In this document: positions 12,750 to 21,486 of the stretch, in pieces
Layout: each line of letters opens with the position of its first letter
How positions within the stretch are numbered: the stretch's first letter is position 1
Assembly: GCA_036676985.1 (NCBI GenBank)
Contig: JAKFBU010000004.1
Coordinates: 76,450 to 140,449, forward strand
Reading direction: 5' to 3'
DNA: 64,000 nucleotides
DNA from: Candidatus Sericytochromatia bacterium
GTDB taxonomy: Bacteria; Cyanobacteriota; Sericytochromatia; S15B-MN24; UBA4093
The notes under the pieces: model-generated
What the model was told of the DNA's origin: nothing
Seen by the model: the letters and a program-made list of their open reading frames with translations, nothing else
Database searches by the model: none
Made by a program: the position numbers and the translations under genes

Positions 12750-13460
12750 TCAACGCGTGGCCGGTATCGTTTTCATACCCACCGGGGGCTGGCCGGAAAC
12801 CCCACCGATCGGCACTTCGCGCAGCCCCAGGGCTTTTCGGATGCCCTGCAGGGGGCCGATCTGCTGCGGGGTGAGGGGGTGCGCTCCGCCGAGCTGATGT
12901 GCGATCAGCGCCACCTTCGCCGTCTGCTCGACCGTCTCCATGCGGTAGTAGGCCTCGAAGAGGTCGCGGCCCACGGTGACGACGCCGTGGTGGTCGAGGA
13001 TGCAGCAGTCGTAAGTGGCGATCAGCGAGCGGATCGAGTCGGCGACCTCGGGGGTGCCGGGCGTGGCGTAGGCGGCCGTGGGGATGGAGCCCACCGTGAG
13101 CACCACCTCGGTGAGGATGGGCTGGGCCAGGGAGACGCCCGCCACCGAGAAGGCCGTGGCCGTGGGTGGGTGGGCGTGGACGATGGCCATGGCATCCGGG
13201 CGCACGGCGTAGACCGCCGCATGCATGCCGAACTCGCTGGAGGGCTTGAGGGTGCCCGCGAGCTTCTTGCCGTCGAGATCGACCACCACGAGCTGGTCGG
13301 GCGTGAGGTAGCCCTTGCAGACGCCCGACGGAGTGGTCAGGAAGCGGTTGGGACCGACGCGGCAGCTGACGTTGCCGTCCATGGCCACGATGAGCTCGCG
13401 CTCGTAGAGGCGGCGGCAGACTTCGATGAGCTGTTTGCGGAGTTCGAATTCGTTAGGCAT
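12750..13460 (-). CDS. Class II aldolase/adducin family (fuculose-1-P aldolase-like)
   Basis: DGNVS, TPSG, PSSEFGMH, VHAHPP, LDHHG zinc ligands; GGAGG RBS. Confidence 0.9.
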   Translation of the reverse strand: MPNEFELRKQLIEVCRRLYERELIVAMDGNVSCRVGPNRFLTTPSGVCKGYLTPDQLVVVDLDGKKLAGTLKPSSEFGMHAAVYAVRPDAMAIVHAHPPTATAFSVAGVSLAQPILTEVVLTVGSIPTAAYATPGTPEVADSIRSLIATYDCCILDHHGVVTVGRDLFEAYYRMETVEQTAKVALIAHQLGGAHPLTPQQIGPLQGIRKALGLREVPIGGVSGQPPVGMKTIPATR

Positions 13461-13595
13461 GCCTCCATTGTAGGCGACGAGGCGCTTCATAGCTAGATCG
13501 GAAGCCTCGGGGCCGGGATCCGGCCGTCTGGTGAGACGGGGGCGTGGATGCGTGGACCCTCGCGCCGGGTATAGCACCCCTTGGCAGGAGGTTTC

Positions 13596-14516
13596 GTGCT
13601 GCAGACGGACATCGTGGCGCGGCTGGCCGAAGAGGCCGATTACCCGCGTCTTCTCGACATCTTGCGCCAGGGCTGGCCCGGCTCCAACGGCTACCACTCG
13701 TCGGTGGCCGACCGGTGGGCCAAGGATTGGCCGGCCATGCTCAAGGACTTCGACGCCCACGTGCTGGTGGAGGCCGATGGGGTGCTCGTGGGCTTCGCGG
13801 GCGTCCAGTTTCACGAGATCTCCTATACGGGCGGGCTCAAACGCGCCCTGGCGGATCACTTCCTGTCGCAGGCCTGGCCGATGCCGGAGGCGCTGGCCCT
13901 GCTCGTGCGGGGCCTCGCACCGTGGGCCCGGGAGCAGGGGGCGGCGCGCCTGACGTTCAACATGGAGCCCGGCGAGTATCCGGAGCTCGAGGCCTTGCGG
14001 GCAGAGGGCATGTTCGCCGAGCGGGCGGCCATGTTCACCTTCGACTTTCCGGACGAGCCTTTGGATGCGCGGGTGCGGCTCATGCGCCCCGAGGAGCGGC
14101 CGCAGGTGGCCGAGATGGGAGCGCGCATCGCGGAGTTCCTGTCGGGGTTCCGTGGGTCGCTGTGCGCGCTCTCGTTCGAGGAGCTGGTTCGGCTGACGGA
14201 CAAGGCGTACCAGGACTACGGGGCCACGCGGGAGCATCGGTTCTTCGTGGCTGAGCGGGACGGGCGGATCGTGGGGTTCTGCTTCACCGTGCGCGAGGCC
14301 CCGGACGGGGGGCTGATCTACGACCTCTACGTGGATCCCGCGTACCGGCGGCAGGGGATCTCGCGGCAGCTGTACGTTCAGGCGTGTTCCTGGCTTCGGC
14401 AGGAGGGGGCGCAGTGGCTCACGCTGTCCGTGTTCGTGGATAACGAGCCGGCGTACAAGGCGTACGAGCAGTGGGGGTTCTTTCCATACTTCGTGGCCTG
14501 GGAACTAAACCTTTAA
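13596..14516 (+). CDS. Tandem GNAT N-acetyltransferase
   Basis: LYVDPAYRRQGI, NEPAYKAYEQWGF; AGGAGG RBS. Confidence 0.85.
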   Translation: MLQTDIVARLAEEADYPRLLDILRQGWPGSNGYHSSVADRWAKDWPAMLKDFDAHVLVEADGVLVGFAGVQFHEISYTGGLKRALADHFLSQAWPMPEALALLVRGLAPWAREQGAARLTFNMEPGEYPELEALRAEGMFAERAAMFTFDFPDEPLDARVRLMRPEERPQVAEMGARIAEFLSGFRGSLCALSFEELVRLTDKAYQDYGATREHRFFVAERDGRIVGFCFTVREAPDGGLIYDLYVDPAYRRQGISRQLYVQACSWLRQEGAQWLTLSVFVDNEPAYKAYEQWGFFPYFVAWELNL

Positions 14517-14520
14517 TTCG

Positions 14521-14606
14521 GACAGGCACAGAGGCCTGTCCCACCCATGTGTCCCATCTACCCATTAGATTCGAAGGGTGCAGTGGGACAGGCCTCCGTG
14601 CCTGTC
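14521..14606. repeat. REP-like inverted repeat pair (REPIN-like)
   Basis: GACAGGCACAGAGGCCTGTCCCAC (14521-44) and its reverse complement with 1 mismatch (14583-606); 12-bp partial copy near 3290. Confidence 0.7.
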
Positions 14607-14613
14607 AGGTGAC

Positions 14614-15276
14614 CTAGAAGGTCAGCCGCATGCCCGCGATGCTGTTGCCGAAGAGCGTGGCCTCCAGCCCCCAGAACTTGAAGGCCGCCTCGGGCAAGAG
14701 CTGCATCACCGGCAGGTAGATGGTGTGATCCGGCGTCTCGATGGTGAGCGTCCGGCCGTCATTCGGCGCCCAGCTGGACGAGCCGAACATCCAGGGCAGG
14801 CCGCCGTTGCGATCCGCGCCCACGAAGTAGGTGAGGCCGATGGGATAGCGCAGGATGAACCAGTTGGTGAGCGGCAGGGACAGCAACAGGTAGCCCGTGG
14901 CGGCGGCTTGCGAGCCCACCGTGCTCGGGAGGTCGCCCACCCGGGAGTCGGCCAGCCCATCCACGTGGGAGTTGGGCACGCTCAGACGGCCGCCGATCGC
15001 CAGGTTCCAGCCGTCGTGCTTGCCGATCAGGCGCTGGGTGGCGTGGACGCCAAAGCCGCTCCAGGCGGTGCCGGGGTAGTAGTCGCGGGCGTCGACGCCG
15101 ATGGTCAGGTGGTCGGTGAGCCCCAGATCGACCGAGAAGGCGCCCGGATCGACGCCGATGCCGAGGTGGCCGGCGGTGATGTCGCTGCGAGGGCCGCTGC
15201 CGGCGAGGGCCGGCAACGCGCTGCCCAGGAAAAGGGTGGCGGAGAGCAGGGCTCCGAGGGCGAACTGGCGGCTCAT
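14614..15276 (-). CDS. Secreted hypothetical protein, possible outer-membrane beta-barrel
   Basis: Signal peptide (ALA-G), amphipathic strands, C-terminal Phe; AAGGAG RBS. Confidence 0.7.
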   Translation of the reverse strand: MSRQFALGALLSATLFLGSALPALAGSGPRSDITAGHLGIGVDPGAFSVDLGLTDHLTIGVDARDYYPGTAWSGFGVHATQRLIGKHDGWNLAIGGRLSVPNSHVDGLADSRVGDLPSTVGSQAAATGYLLLSLPLTNWFILRYPIGLTYFVGADRNGGLPWMFGSSSWAPNDGRTLTIETPDHTIYLPVMQLLPEAAFKFWGLEATLFGNSIAGMRLTF

Positions 15277-15377
15277 CGTGATGCTCCTTTCGATCGAGCG
15301 GGGCTGAGTATCACGATAAGAGGGAGCGATCACATGATCGCTCACATGGGAGGACTAACGGGAAAATGGCTGAGGAG

Positions 15378-15512
15378 GACCCCCCCCAGCCCCCCCTCTA
15401 GAGGGGGGGAAGCTCTTGGGAAGGGAAGTTACACCCAAGATCCTAAGGAGTAGCCTTGCTTTCCACCCTCCCATGATCCTTACCCCCCTCTAGAGGGGGG
15501 CTGGGGGGGGTC
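15378..15512. repeat. Palindromic G/C-tract inverted repeat element
   Basis: GACCCCCCCCAGCCCCCCCTCTAGAGGGGGG and a near-perfect inverted copy at 15483-15512, each containing palindrome CCCCCCTCTAGAGGGGGG. Confidence 0.75.
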
Positions 15513-15532
15513 TCCTTATTCCAAAAAGGAAT

Positions 15533-15811
15533 CTACGGAACGATCGTCTCGCCGACCATGTCGACGATGCCGAGCACGGCCGCATGCACGGGGGCCTTGC
15601 TGTCCCCGTAAGCCATGAGCGCCGAGCCGCCCTCCTTGACCGCGAGCACCGTCGCGCCCACGCCCGCCTGGAGCTTGTCCACTGCGAGGAACGGCGCACC
15701 CTTCGGCGTCAGATCGTCACCCAGGGGCTGCAACATGAGGACCTTGGCGCCCTCCAGCCGCTCGTGCTTGAGCGTCGAGTTCATGGTCCCGATGACCTTG
15801 GCGAGCAGCAT
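15533..15811 (-). CDS. BMC vertex protein (EutN/CcmL, BMC-P)
   Basis: MLLAKVIG...AVDKLQAGVG...GSA...VLGIVD. Confidence 0.92.
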   Translation of the reverse strand: MLLAKVIGTMNSTLKHERLEGAKVLMLQPLGDDLTPKGAPFLAVDKLQAGVGATVLAVKEGGSALMAYGDSKAPVHAAVLGIVDMVGETIVP

Positions 15812-15814
15812 GGC

Positions 15815-16132
15815 CTAGCCCTCCTTCGCGGCGGTCTGGACGCCGTGCAACTCGGCGAGGACCTCCAGGTCCACGTCGTAGCGATCGACGATGCCCACGA
15901 TGCCCGCATCCACCGGAGCGAAGGCGACGGGCAGGGCCAGGGTCGCCTCGCGGCCCATCACGCAGAAGCCCAGCTCCCCCACGCCGATGCCGATGGAGTC
16001 CGTGGCCACCACCGGGTCGCCCTTGCCCTCACCCTTCTCGTCGAGGGGCTGGACGATCATGAGCTTGACCCCGTGCAGCGAGGGATCCTTCTCCGTGGCG
16101 ACCAGGGTGCCGATGACCTTGCCGATGAACAC
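15815..16132 (-). CDS. BMC vertex protein (EutN/CcmL, BMC-P)
   Basis: MFIGKVIGTLVAT...ATDSIGIGVGE...PVDAGIVGIVD. Confidence 0.92.
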   Translation of the reverse strand: MFIGKVIGTLVATEKDPSLHGVKLMIVQPLDEKGEGKGDPVVATDSIGIGVGELGFCVMGREATLALPVAFAPVDAGIVGIVDRYDVDLEVLAELHGVQTAAKEG

Positions 16133-16145
16133 TGGAGCGCTCCTT

Positions 16146-16700
16146 TTAGAACACGAAGTGGTTGAGGTCCTCGTGGGGGTTCGCGATGAGGGCCGTCCGG
16201 CACAGCATGGCGCCCGGGATGACGTCGCAGGCGTCCTCCAAGGCAGCCTCCATGTCCTCGAGGACCCCGGTGAAGGTGAGGAAGGACTTGCCCCCCAGCC
16301 CGAAAGGCGCCCGGATCTCGATCAGCTGGACCGGGGCCGTCTTGACCGCCTTGTCCGCCGCCGCGATCGCACTCGGCAACGAGAAGGTCTCGATGATGCC
16401 CAGGCTGTCGAAGGCCGACACGTCCGCCACGCCGTTCAGCGCGGGGGCGATCTGCGGGTCGAGGTTGGGGATGAGGATCTGGTCGAGCAGGGTGTCGGCC
16501 GCAAGCTCCACGGCGACCTCGAAGGACTCCTGGACCGAGGCCACGTCTCCCGAGAAGAGCAATAGGAACTTGCCGGGGCTCGTCGTCTGGGCGCGAACGA
16601 TGCGAATGGGCGCCTTCTTGGCGATCGCATCGGCCACCACGTAGCCCATGGCGATGGAGCTGAGTTCGAGCAGGCCTATCGCCGGGTGCTGCATCTCCAT
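16146..16700 (-). CDS. BMC-T shell protein (PduT-like)
   Basis: AIGLLELSSIAMG...SPGKF, SLGIIET, GLGGK; two BMC domains. Confidence 0.9.
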   Translation of the reverse strand: MEMQHPAIGLLELSSIAMGYVVADAIAKKAPIRIVRAQTTSPGKFLLLFSGDVASVQESFEVAVELAADTLLDQILIPNLDPQIAPALNGVADVSAFDSLGIIETFSLPSAIAAADKAVKTAPVQLIEIRAPFGLGGKSFLTFTGVLEDMEAALEDACDVIPGAMLCRTALIANPHEDLNHFVF

Positions 16701-18014
16701 TTAGCCGATCTCCTCGATGACGATCGCCTCGCCAAGCGATTTTACCACGCCCGCGATGCCCGCATATACGGGTGCGGCCTGAGAATCGGGCGCCGGCCGC
16801 GCGACCAGGTGGCCCACCGAGACGCGATCGCCCAGTCGAACCGCCGGGACCAAGGCCAGTTCAGGCCCTTGAGGCAACGAAAGCTCGATCCGGCGCACCC
16901 GCACCTCGCTCGTGTCCAAGGGAGCGACATAGTCGACGCCGTAGAGCCCCAACCGCTTCGCCAGCCGGCCGAGGGGCACGCGCCATGCCGTCCGCGGGCC
17001 GGCTACTTGCCGGCGCGGCAGGACGGCGTGCCCGAGCGAGGCCTGGACCGCCTTCACTTCCTGGATGAGCGTGCCGGGCGCAAGCTCCGAGGGGCAGGCG
17101 TAGTAGGTGCAGAGTTGGCAGCCCGTGCAGTCGAGCGTGCTCGCGAGCACCGCCACGGGCGCGTCGAACGGCACGTGCAGGGCGCGCATGACCCGGTGCG
17201 GCTCCAGGGAGCCGCCCGCCTGATATACGGGGCAGAGGTCCGTGCAGCGCCGGCAGGAGTGGCAGGCGCTCTGCGCCCGCCGCAGCTCAACGCGCCGGGG
17301 CACGGAGCGCCGCCGGACCAGGAGGTGGTCGGTGGGCAGCACGGCGATGGTTCCCGTCTGGTGCGTCACATGGCCCTCGAAGCCGGTCGCGAGGTGGCCG
17401 CGCAGGGGCCCGCCCACCAACAAGGAGGCCGGGCCCTCGAAGGCAGGACCGCCCGCCGCCTCGACGAGGCTCTCGAAGGGGGTGCCGACCGGAGCCCAGA
17501 GGGTCTTCGGCGCGCGCACCGCACCTGTCACGGTGACCAGGCGCCGCGTCACCTTCTGGCCGCGGTGGGCGCCCGCCACCTGGTAGAGGCTCATGGCGTT
17601 CAGGAGCACGGTGCTCTCGGGGTCGGCCTCGAGCATGCCGAGAAGCGTCAGGGCGTCGCCCGCCGGATAGAGGGAGGGCAGCTCGTGCACCTGCACGTGG
17701 AACTTGGCGAAGCCGTCCGACCCGATGGCCTTTTCGAGGGCCTGCATGGCCTCGCGGTCCGCGCGCTTGACGGCCACGACGCCGCGCTTGGCGCCGGTCG
17801 CCTGCATGGCGAGCTTGAGGCCGAGGACGACCTCGTCGGCATGATGGATCAGGAGCTGGGTCTCGACCCGCACCAGGGGCTCGGCGGCCGCTGCGTTCAC
17901 CACGACCAGGTCCGCGGTGCGGGCGAGCATGCGGTGGACGGGCTCCGCGGCGTCGCCGTCCACGAGGCCCGCCTCGCGAATCTTGTCCAGCAGCGCCTGC
18001 GTCAGGGCCGTCAT
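16701..18014 (-). CDS. PduS/RnfC-like Fe-S protein (SLBB + 2x[4Fe-4S])
   Basis: YPAGD, VTVTGAV, PVGT, GGPL, CHSCRRCTDLCP, CTGCQLCTYYACP. Confidence 0.85.
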   Translation of the reverse strand: MTALTQALLDKIREAGLVDGDAAEPVHRMLARTADLVVVNAAAAEPLVRVETQLLIHHADEVVLGLKLAMQATGAKRGVVAVKRADREAMQALEKAIGSDGFAKFHVQVHELPSLYPAGDALTLLGMLEADPESTVLLNAMSLYQVAGAHRGQKVTRRLVTVTGAVRAPKTLWAPVGTPFESLVEAAGGPAFEGPASLLVGGPLRGHLATGFEGHVTHQTGTIAVLPTDHLLVRRRSVPRRVELRRAQSACHSCRRCTDLCPVYQAGGSLEPHRVMRALHVPFDAPVAVLASTLDCTGCQLCTYYACPSELAPGTLIQEVKAVQASLGHAVLPRRQVAGPRTAWRVPLGRLAKRLGLYGVDYVAPLDTSEVRVRRIELSLPQGPELALVPAVRLGDRVSVGHLVARPAPDSQAAPVYAGIAGVVKSLGEAIVIEEIG

Positions 18015-18796
18015 AGGCCGAGTCTCGCCCAGACCGGGCCGAGGGGCTCGGAGGCCATGCCTACCGACTCGTAGATGCGGCGCGAGGGCGTGTTGCTCAC
18101 CTGGGTCGTGAGGCCGAGGCTCGTCGCCCCCGCCTGACCGGCCGCGAAGACGGCCTCCTGGAAGAGGATCCGGCCCCAGCCCTGCCGCTGGCGGTCGGGG
18201 TGCACGCCCACCGCGCCCAGGTGATAGCAGGGGCCCAGGGGCTGCAGGATGCTGAAGCCGAAGATCCCGTCCGCGTCCTCGGCCACCTTGACGATGGAGA
18301 GGCCGTCGAGGTGGACCGTCATCTCGTTGCGGCCGCGCTGGTAGGGGATTGGAAAGGAGGCATGATCGAGCGCCAGGAGGGCATCGAGATCGCCCATGGT
18401 GGCCCGGCGGATGGCCGGATGGTCCGAACCCGCCTGCAGGGGGTCCATGAGGTAGTAGAGGAGCTCGTCGACGCGCCCGAAGCCGTAGGGCTCGAGCATG
18501 TGGCCCTCGGAGCCCTTGACCACGATGGCGGGTCGGGGGCCGACGACGGCCAGGAGGCGGGGCAGCTCGCGGTCGAGGGCCTCGGCGAGGGCGCTCTTAT
18601 CCCGGCCTGCCATGTAGAGGTCCACCAGGTGCTCGTGCACCGGCAGCGCCACCAGCATGGCGTCGTCGCCGACGTAGGCATGGCCCGGGTGCTCGCGGGC
18701 CGTGGCCTCCATCCAGCCGACCGTACGCGGACCGGCCGTCCCCCCCGCATGCGGGAGCGACTGCCAGCGCTCGGCAAAGGTCACTTGGTTCGCCAT
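18011..18796 (-). CDS. GNAT N-acetyltransferase
   Basis: VGVHPDRQRQGWG, NTPSRRIYESVG; overlaps both neighbours. Confidence 0.82.
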   Translation of the reverse strand: MANQVTFAERWQSLPHAGGTAGPRTVGWMEATAREHPGHAYVGDDAMLVALPVHEHLVDLYMAGRDKSALAEALDRELPRLLAVVGPRPAIVVKGSEGHMLEPYGFGRVDELLYYLMDPLQAGSDHPAIRRATMGDLDALLALDHASFPIPYQRGRNEMTVHLDGLSIVKVAEDADGIFGFSILQPLGPCYHLGAVGVHPDRQRQGWGRILFQEAVFAAGQAGATSLGLTTQVSNTPSRRIYESVGMASEPLGPVWARLGL

Positions 18797-19215
18797 CCGG
18801 ACGTCACCACGAACTCGATCGTCTCCAGCACCCAGCGGATGAAACCCTTACCCTTGGTCTGGGAGACGAGTACCCGCTGCATCTCGACTCCGTCCAACCA
18901 CGTGCCCCCGCACCGCGGACACACGTCCACCGCCGCCTCGCCCAGCTGCTTGGGGCGCGCCCGGCGGAGCGCGACGTCACAGGAGGGGCACTGGGCGGCC
19001 CGGCTGACCTGGACAGCCGGGATGCGCAGCTGGGTGTAGTGGTTGGCCACGTACTCCAGCGTGGGCGATTTGAGGAATTCCGCGAGCTCCCCCCGCTGGA
19101 ACCAATGCCCCATGCACGCGGGGCAACGGTCCACGGCCGTGGCCCCGAGGTAGGTTCCTTCCAGGTAGGCGTCCTCGCAGCGGGGGCAACGCCCGTGGCT
19201 TTCCAGCAAAGGCAT
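18781..19215 (-). CDS. Double zinc-ribbon (zf-TFIIB-like) protein
   Basis: CPRC..VDRCPACMGHWFQRGEL and CPSC..VDVCPRCGGTWLDGVE. Confidence 0.85.
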   Translation of the reverse strand: MPLLESHGRCPRCEDAYLEGTYLGATAVDRCPACMGHWFQRGELAEFLKSPTLEYVANHYTQLRIPAVQVSRAAQCPSCDVALRRARPKQLGEAAVDVCPRCGGTWLDGVEMQRVLVSQTKGKGFIRWVLETIEFVVTSGWRTK

Positions 19216-19218
19216 CGC

Positions 19219-20688
19219 CTAGACGATCCGGAAGTTGTCCTTCAAGACGCAGCGACGCAGGCGGGTGAAGTGCCGAGCCGTCGTCAGCCCCTCGCCCGTG
19301 GGGTGGGCGATGGTGAAGGAGGTGGGTCCTTCGCCGCCGAGGCCCAGCCCCGCAAAGGTCGGTCCGTTCTTGATGAAGATCGCCGTGTCCATCTCACGCG
19401 CCATCTTGTGCATGTGATCGACGTTCTTGGAGTGGATGGTGGCCGTGTGGCCGTAGCCGTGCTCGACCTCCTTGGCCAGCTCGATCGCCTCTTCGATGTC
19501 GCGCACCCGCACCAGGGGGATGACGGGCATGAGCTGCTCGGTCCACACCAGGGGATGGTTGCGGTTGACCTCGCAGAGCACCATCCGGCAGGTCGACGGC
19601 GCGTCCACGCCGATCTCCTTGAGGATGACGTGCGCGTCCTTGCCGACCCAGTCCTTGTTGATGTCGCTCTCGACGCCCGGGCCGTTCTGCTTGACGAGGA
19701 TGACCTTCATCAGGCGCTCGGTCTGGGTTGAGGTGAGCTCGTAGGCGCCGCAGCGCTTGAGCTCTTCCTTGAGGCGATCGGCGATCGAGGCGACCGCGAT
19801 GATCTCCTTCTCGGCGATGCAGACGATGTTGTTGTCGAGGGTCGAGCCCAGGTAGATGTTCTTGGCGGCCTGCGGGATGTCGGCCGTCTCGTCGACGACC
19901 GCCGGCGGGTTGCCGGGGCCGGCGCAGATGGCCTTCTTGCCCGAGTTCATGGCGGCCTTGACCACGCCGGGGCCGCCCGTGACCACCAGGAGCTTGATGT
20001 CCTTGTGCTTCATCAGGGCCGACGAGACCTCGATGGAGGGCTCGGCCACCGAGCAGACCAGGTTCTTGGGGCCGCCGACCGACTGGATGGCCTGGTTGAA
20101 CAGGCTGATGGCGAAGTTCGTGACGCCCTTGGCCTTGGGGTGCGGCCCGAAGACCACCGAGTTGCCCGCGGCGATCATGCCGATCGAGTTGCAGATGATG
20201 GTCTCCGAGGGGTTGGTCGTGGGGGCGATCGCCCCGATGACGCCCCAAGGGGCCCGCTCGACGAGCGTCATGCCGTCGTCGCCCGTCCAGACGATGGGGT
20301 CGAGGTCCTCGACGCCCGGGGTCTTGGTGGCGACCAGGCGGTTCTTGTTGAGCTTGTCCTCGTAGCGGCCGAGGCCCGTCTCGTCGACGGCCATGCGCGC
20401 GAGGGTCTCGAGGTTGGCGAGCACCGCCGCCCGCATGGCGGCGATCATCTGCTTGCGCTTCTCGAGCGACATCTCGACCAGCTGGCGCTGGGCGACCTTG
20501 GCGGCCGCGACGGCGGCGTCGAGATCCGGGAAGATGCCGTCGCCCGAGGGCGCGTAGGCCACGGGGCGGGCGCCCTCGAGGCGCGCGAGGGGCTGGGGGA
20601 CGCTCGGCTTGACGACGCCCTCAGCGTGCAGCCGGCCCATGACCTGGCTGACGAGGGAGTTGATCTGGTCCTGATCGATGGCCATCAC
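19219..20688 (-). CDS. CoA-acylating aldehyde dehydrogenase (EutE/PduP-like) with encapsulation peptide
   Basis: N-terminal DQDQINSLVSQVMGRL, PTTNP, GPGNPP, catalytic DNNIVCIAEKE, TGEG. Confidence 0.95.
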   Translation of the reverse strand: MMAIDQDQINSLVSQVMGRLHAEGVVKPSVPQPLARLEGARPVAYAPSGDGIFPDLDAAVAAAKVAQRQLVEMSLEKRKQMIAAMRAAVLANLETLARMAVDETGLGRYEDKLNKNRLVATKTPGVEDLDPIVWTGDDGMTLVERAPWGVIGAIAPTTNPSETIICNSIGMIAAGNSVVFGPHPKAKGVTNFAISLFNQAIQSVGGPKNLVCSVAEPSIEVSSALMKHKDIKLLVVTGGPGVVKAAMNSGKKAICAGPGNPPAVVDETADIPQAAKNIYLGSTLDNNIVCIAEKEIIAVASIADRLKEELKRCGAYELTSTQTERLMKVILVKQNGPGVESDINKDWVGKDAHVILKEIGVDAPSTCRMVLCEVNRNHPLVWTEQLMPVIPLVRVRDIEEAIELAKEVEHGYGHTATIHSKNVDHMHKMAREMDTAIFIKNGPTFAGLGLGGEGPTSFTIAHPTGEGLTTARHFTRLRRCVLKDNFRIV

Positions 20689-20692
20689 TCAC

Positions 20693-21007
20693 CTACCATT
20701 CGCCAACGGCAATGGGCGTGTCCTTGGTGTACTTGGTCACTCCCTCGACGTCCCAGGTGTCGACGATGGCCATGATGGTCGCGTCGATGGGCTTGCCCTC
20801 GGTGGCGTAGGTCTGGCGAGCCGAGCTTCCCGAGGCGTACAGGACGACCTCGCCGATGCCCGCTCCGACCGAGTCGGCCGCGATGACGTAGCCGCCGGAT
20901 TCCTTGCCTTCGACGTTCAGCTGGCGGACCACCATGAGCTTGGTACCGATGAGCTTCTCGTCCTTCTGGTCGGCGACGACGGTGCCGACGATCTTGCCAA
21001 TGAGCAT
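20693..21007 (-). CDS. BMC vertex protein (EutN/CcmL, BMC-P)
   Basis: MLIGKIVGTVVA...AADSVGAGIGE...GSSAR...PIDATIMAIVD. Confidence 0.93.
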   Translation of the reverse strand: MLIGKIVGTVVADQKDEKLIGTKLMVVRQLNVEGKESGGYVIAADSVGAGIGEVVLYASGSSARQTYATEGKPIDATIMAIVDTWDVEGVTKYTKDTPIAVGEW

Positions 21008-21106
21008 GCGACGCTCCTTCGCGACGGAAATGGGATCAGGCCACCCCCGCCCCGCCCGTCCCCGTGTGGGAAGGGCTTGCGGGGGTGACCTGCCTCAGGC
21101 TCCGGC

Positions 21107-21421
21107 TTAGTAGTTGACCTGGGCGACGGGGTCCACGGTGGAGACGCGGCGGCCCAGGGGCAGCACGGTGTCGACGTTGGCGTGCGGACGGGCGATGACG
21201 TGGACGGCGACCACCTCGCCGACCTTCTCGGCGGCACGGGCGCCCGCGTCGGTGGCGGCCTTCACGGCGGCCACGTCGCCACGGACAATCGCGGTCACAA
21301 AGCCGCCGCCGGTCTGGACCATCTGGACCAGCTCGACCTTGGCGGCCTTGACCATCGCGTCAGCGGCCTCGACCATCGCCGCGAAGCTCTTGCACTCGAT
21401 CATTCCCAACGCTTCAGCCAT
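21107..21421 (-). CDS. BMC-H hexameric shell protein
   Basis: EALGMIE...AADAMVKAA...[10 protein letters not shown]...HVIARPH. Confidence 0.96.
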   Translation of the reverse strand: MAEALGMIECKSFAAMVEAADAMVKAAKVELVQMVQTGGGFVTAIVRGDVAAVKAATDAGARAAEKVGEVVAVHVIARPHANVDTVLPLGRRVSTVDPVAQVNY

Positions 21422-21486
21422 GGGTGATTACTCTCCTCTTAAGACGGACCGGAACGCCCGGCCCTGCTTGTGCCTACTGGGTGTCC

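Noticed and set aside
14521-15512. CRISPR array or IS element
   Set aside because: Only inverted pairs; no repeat-spacer periodicity, cas genes or transposase anywhere in the window
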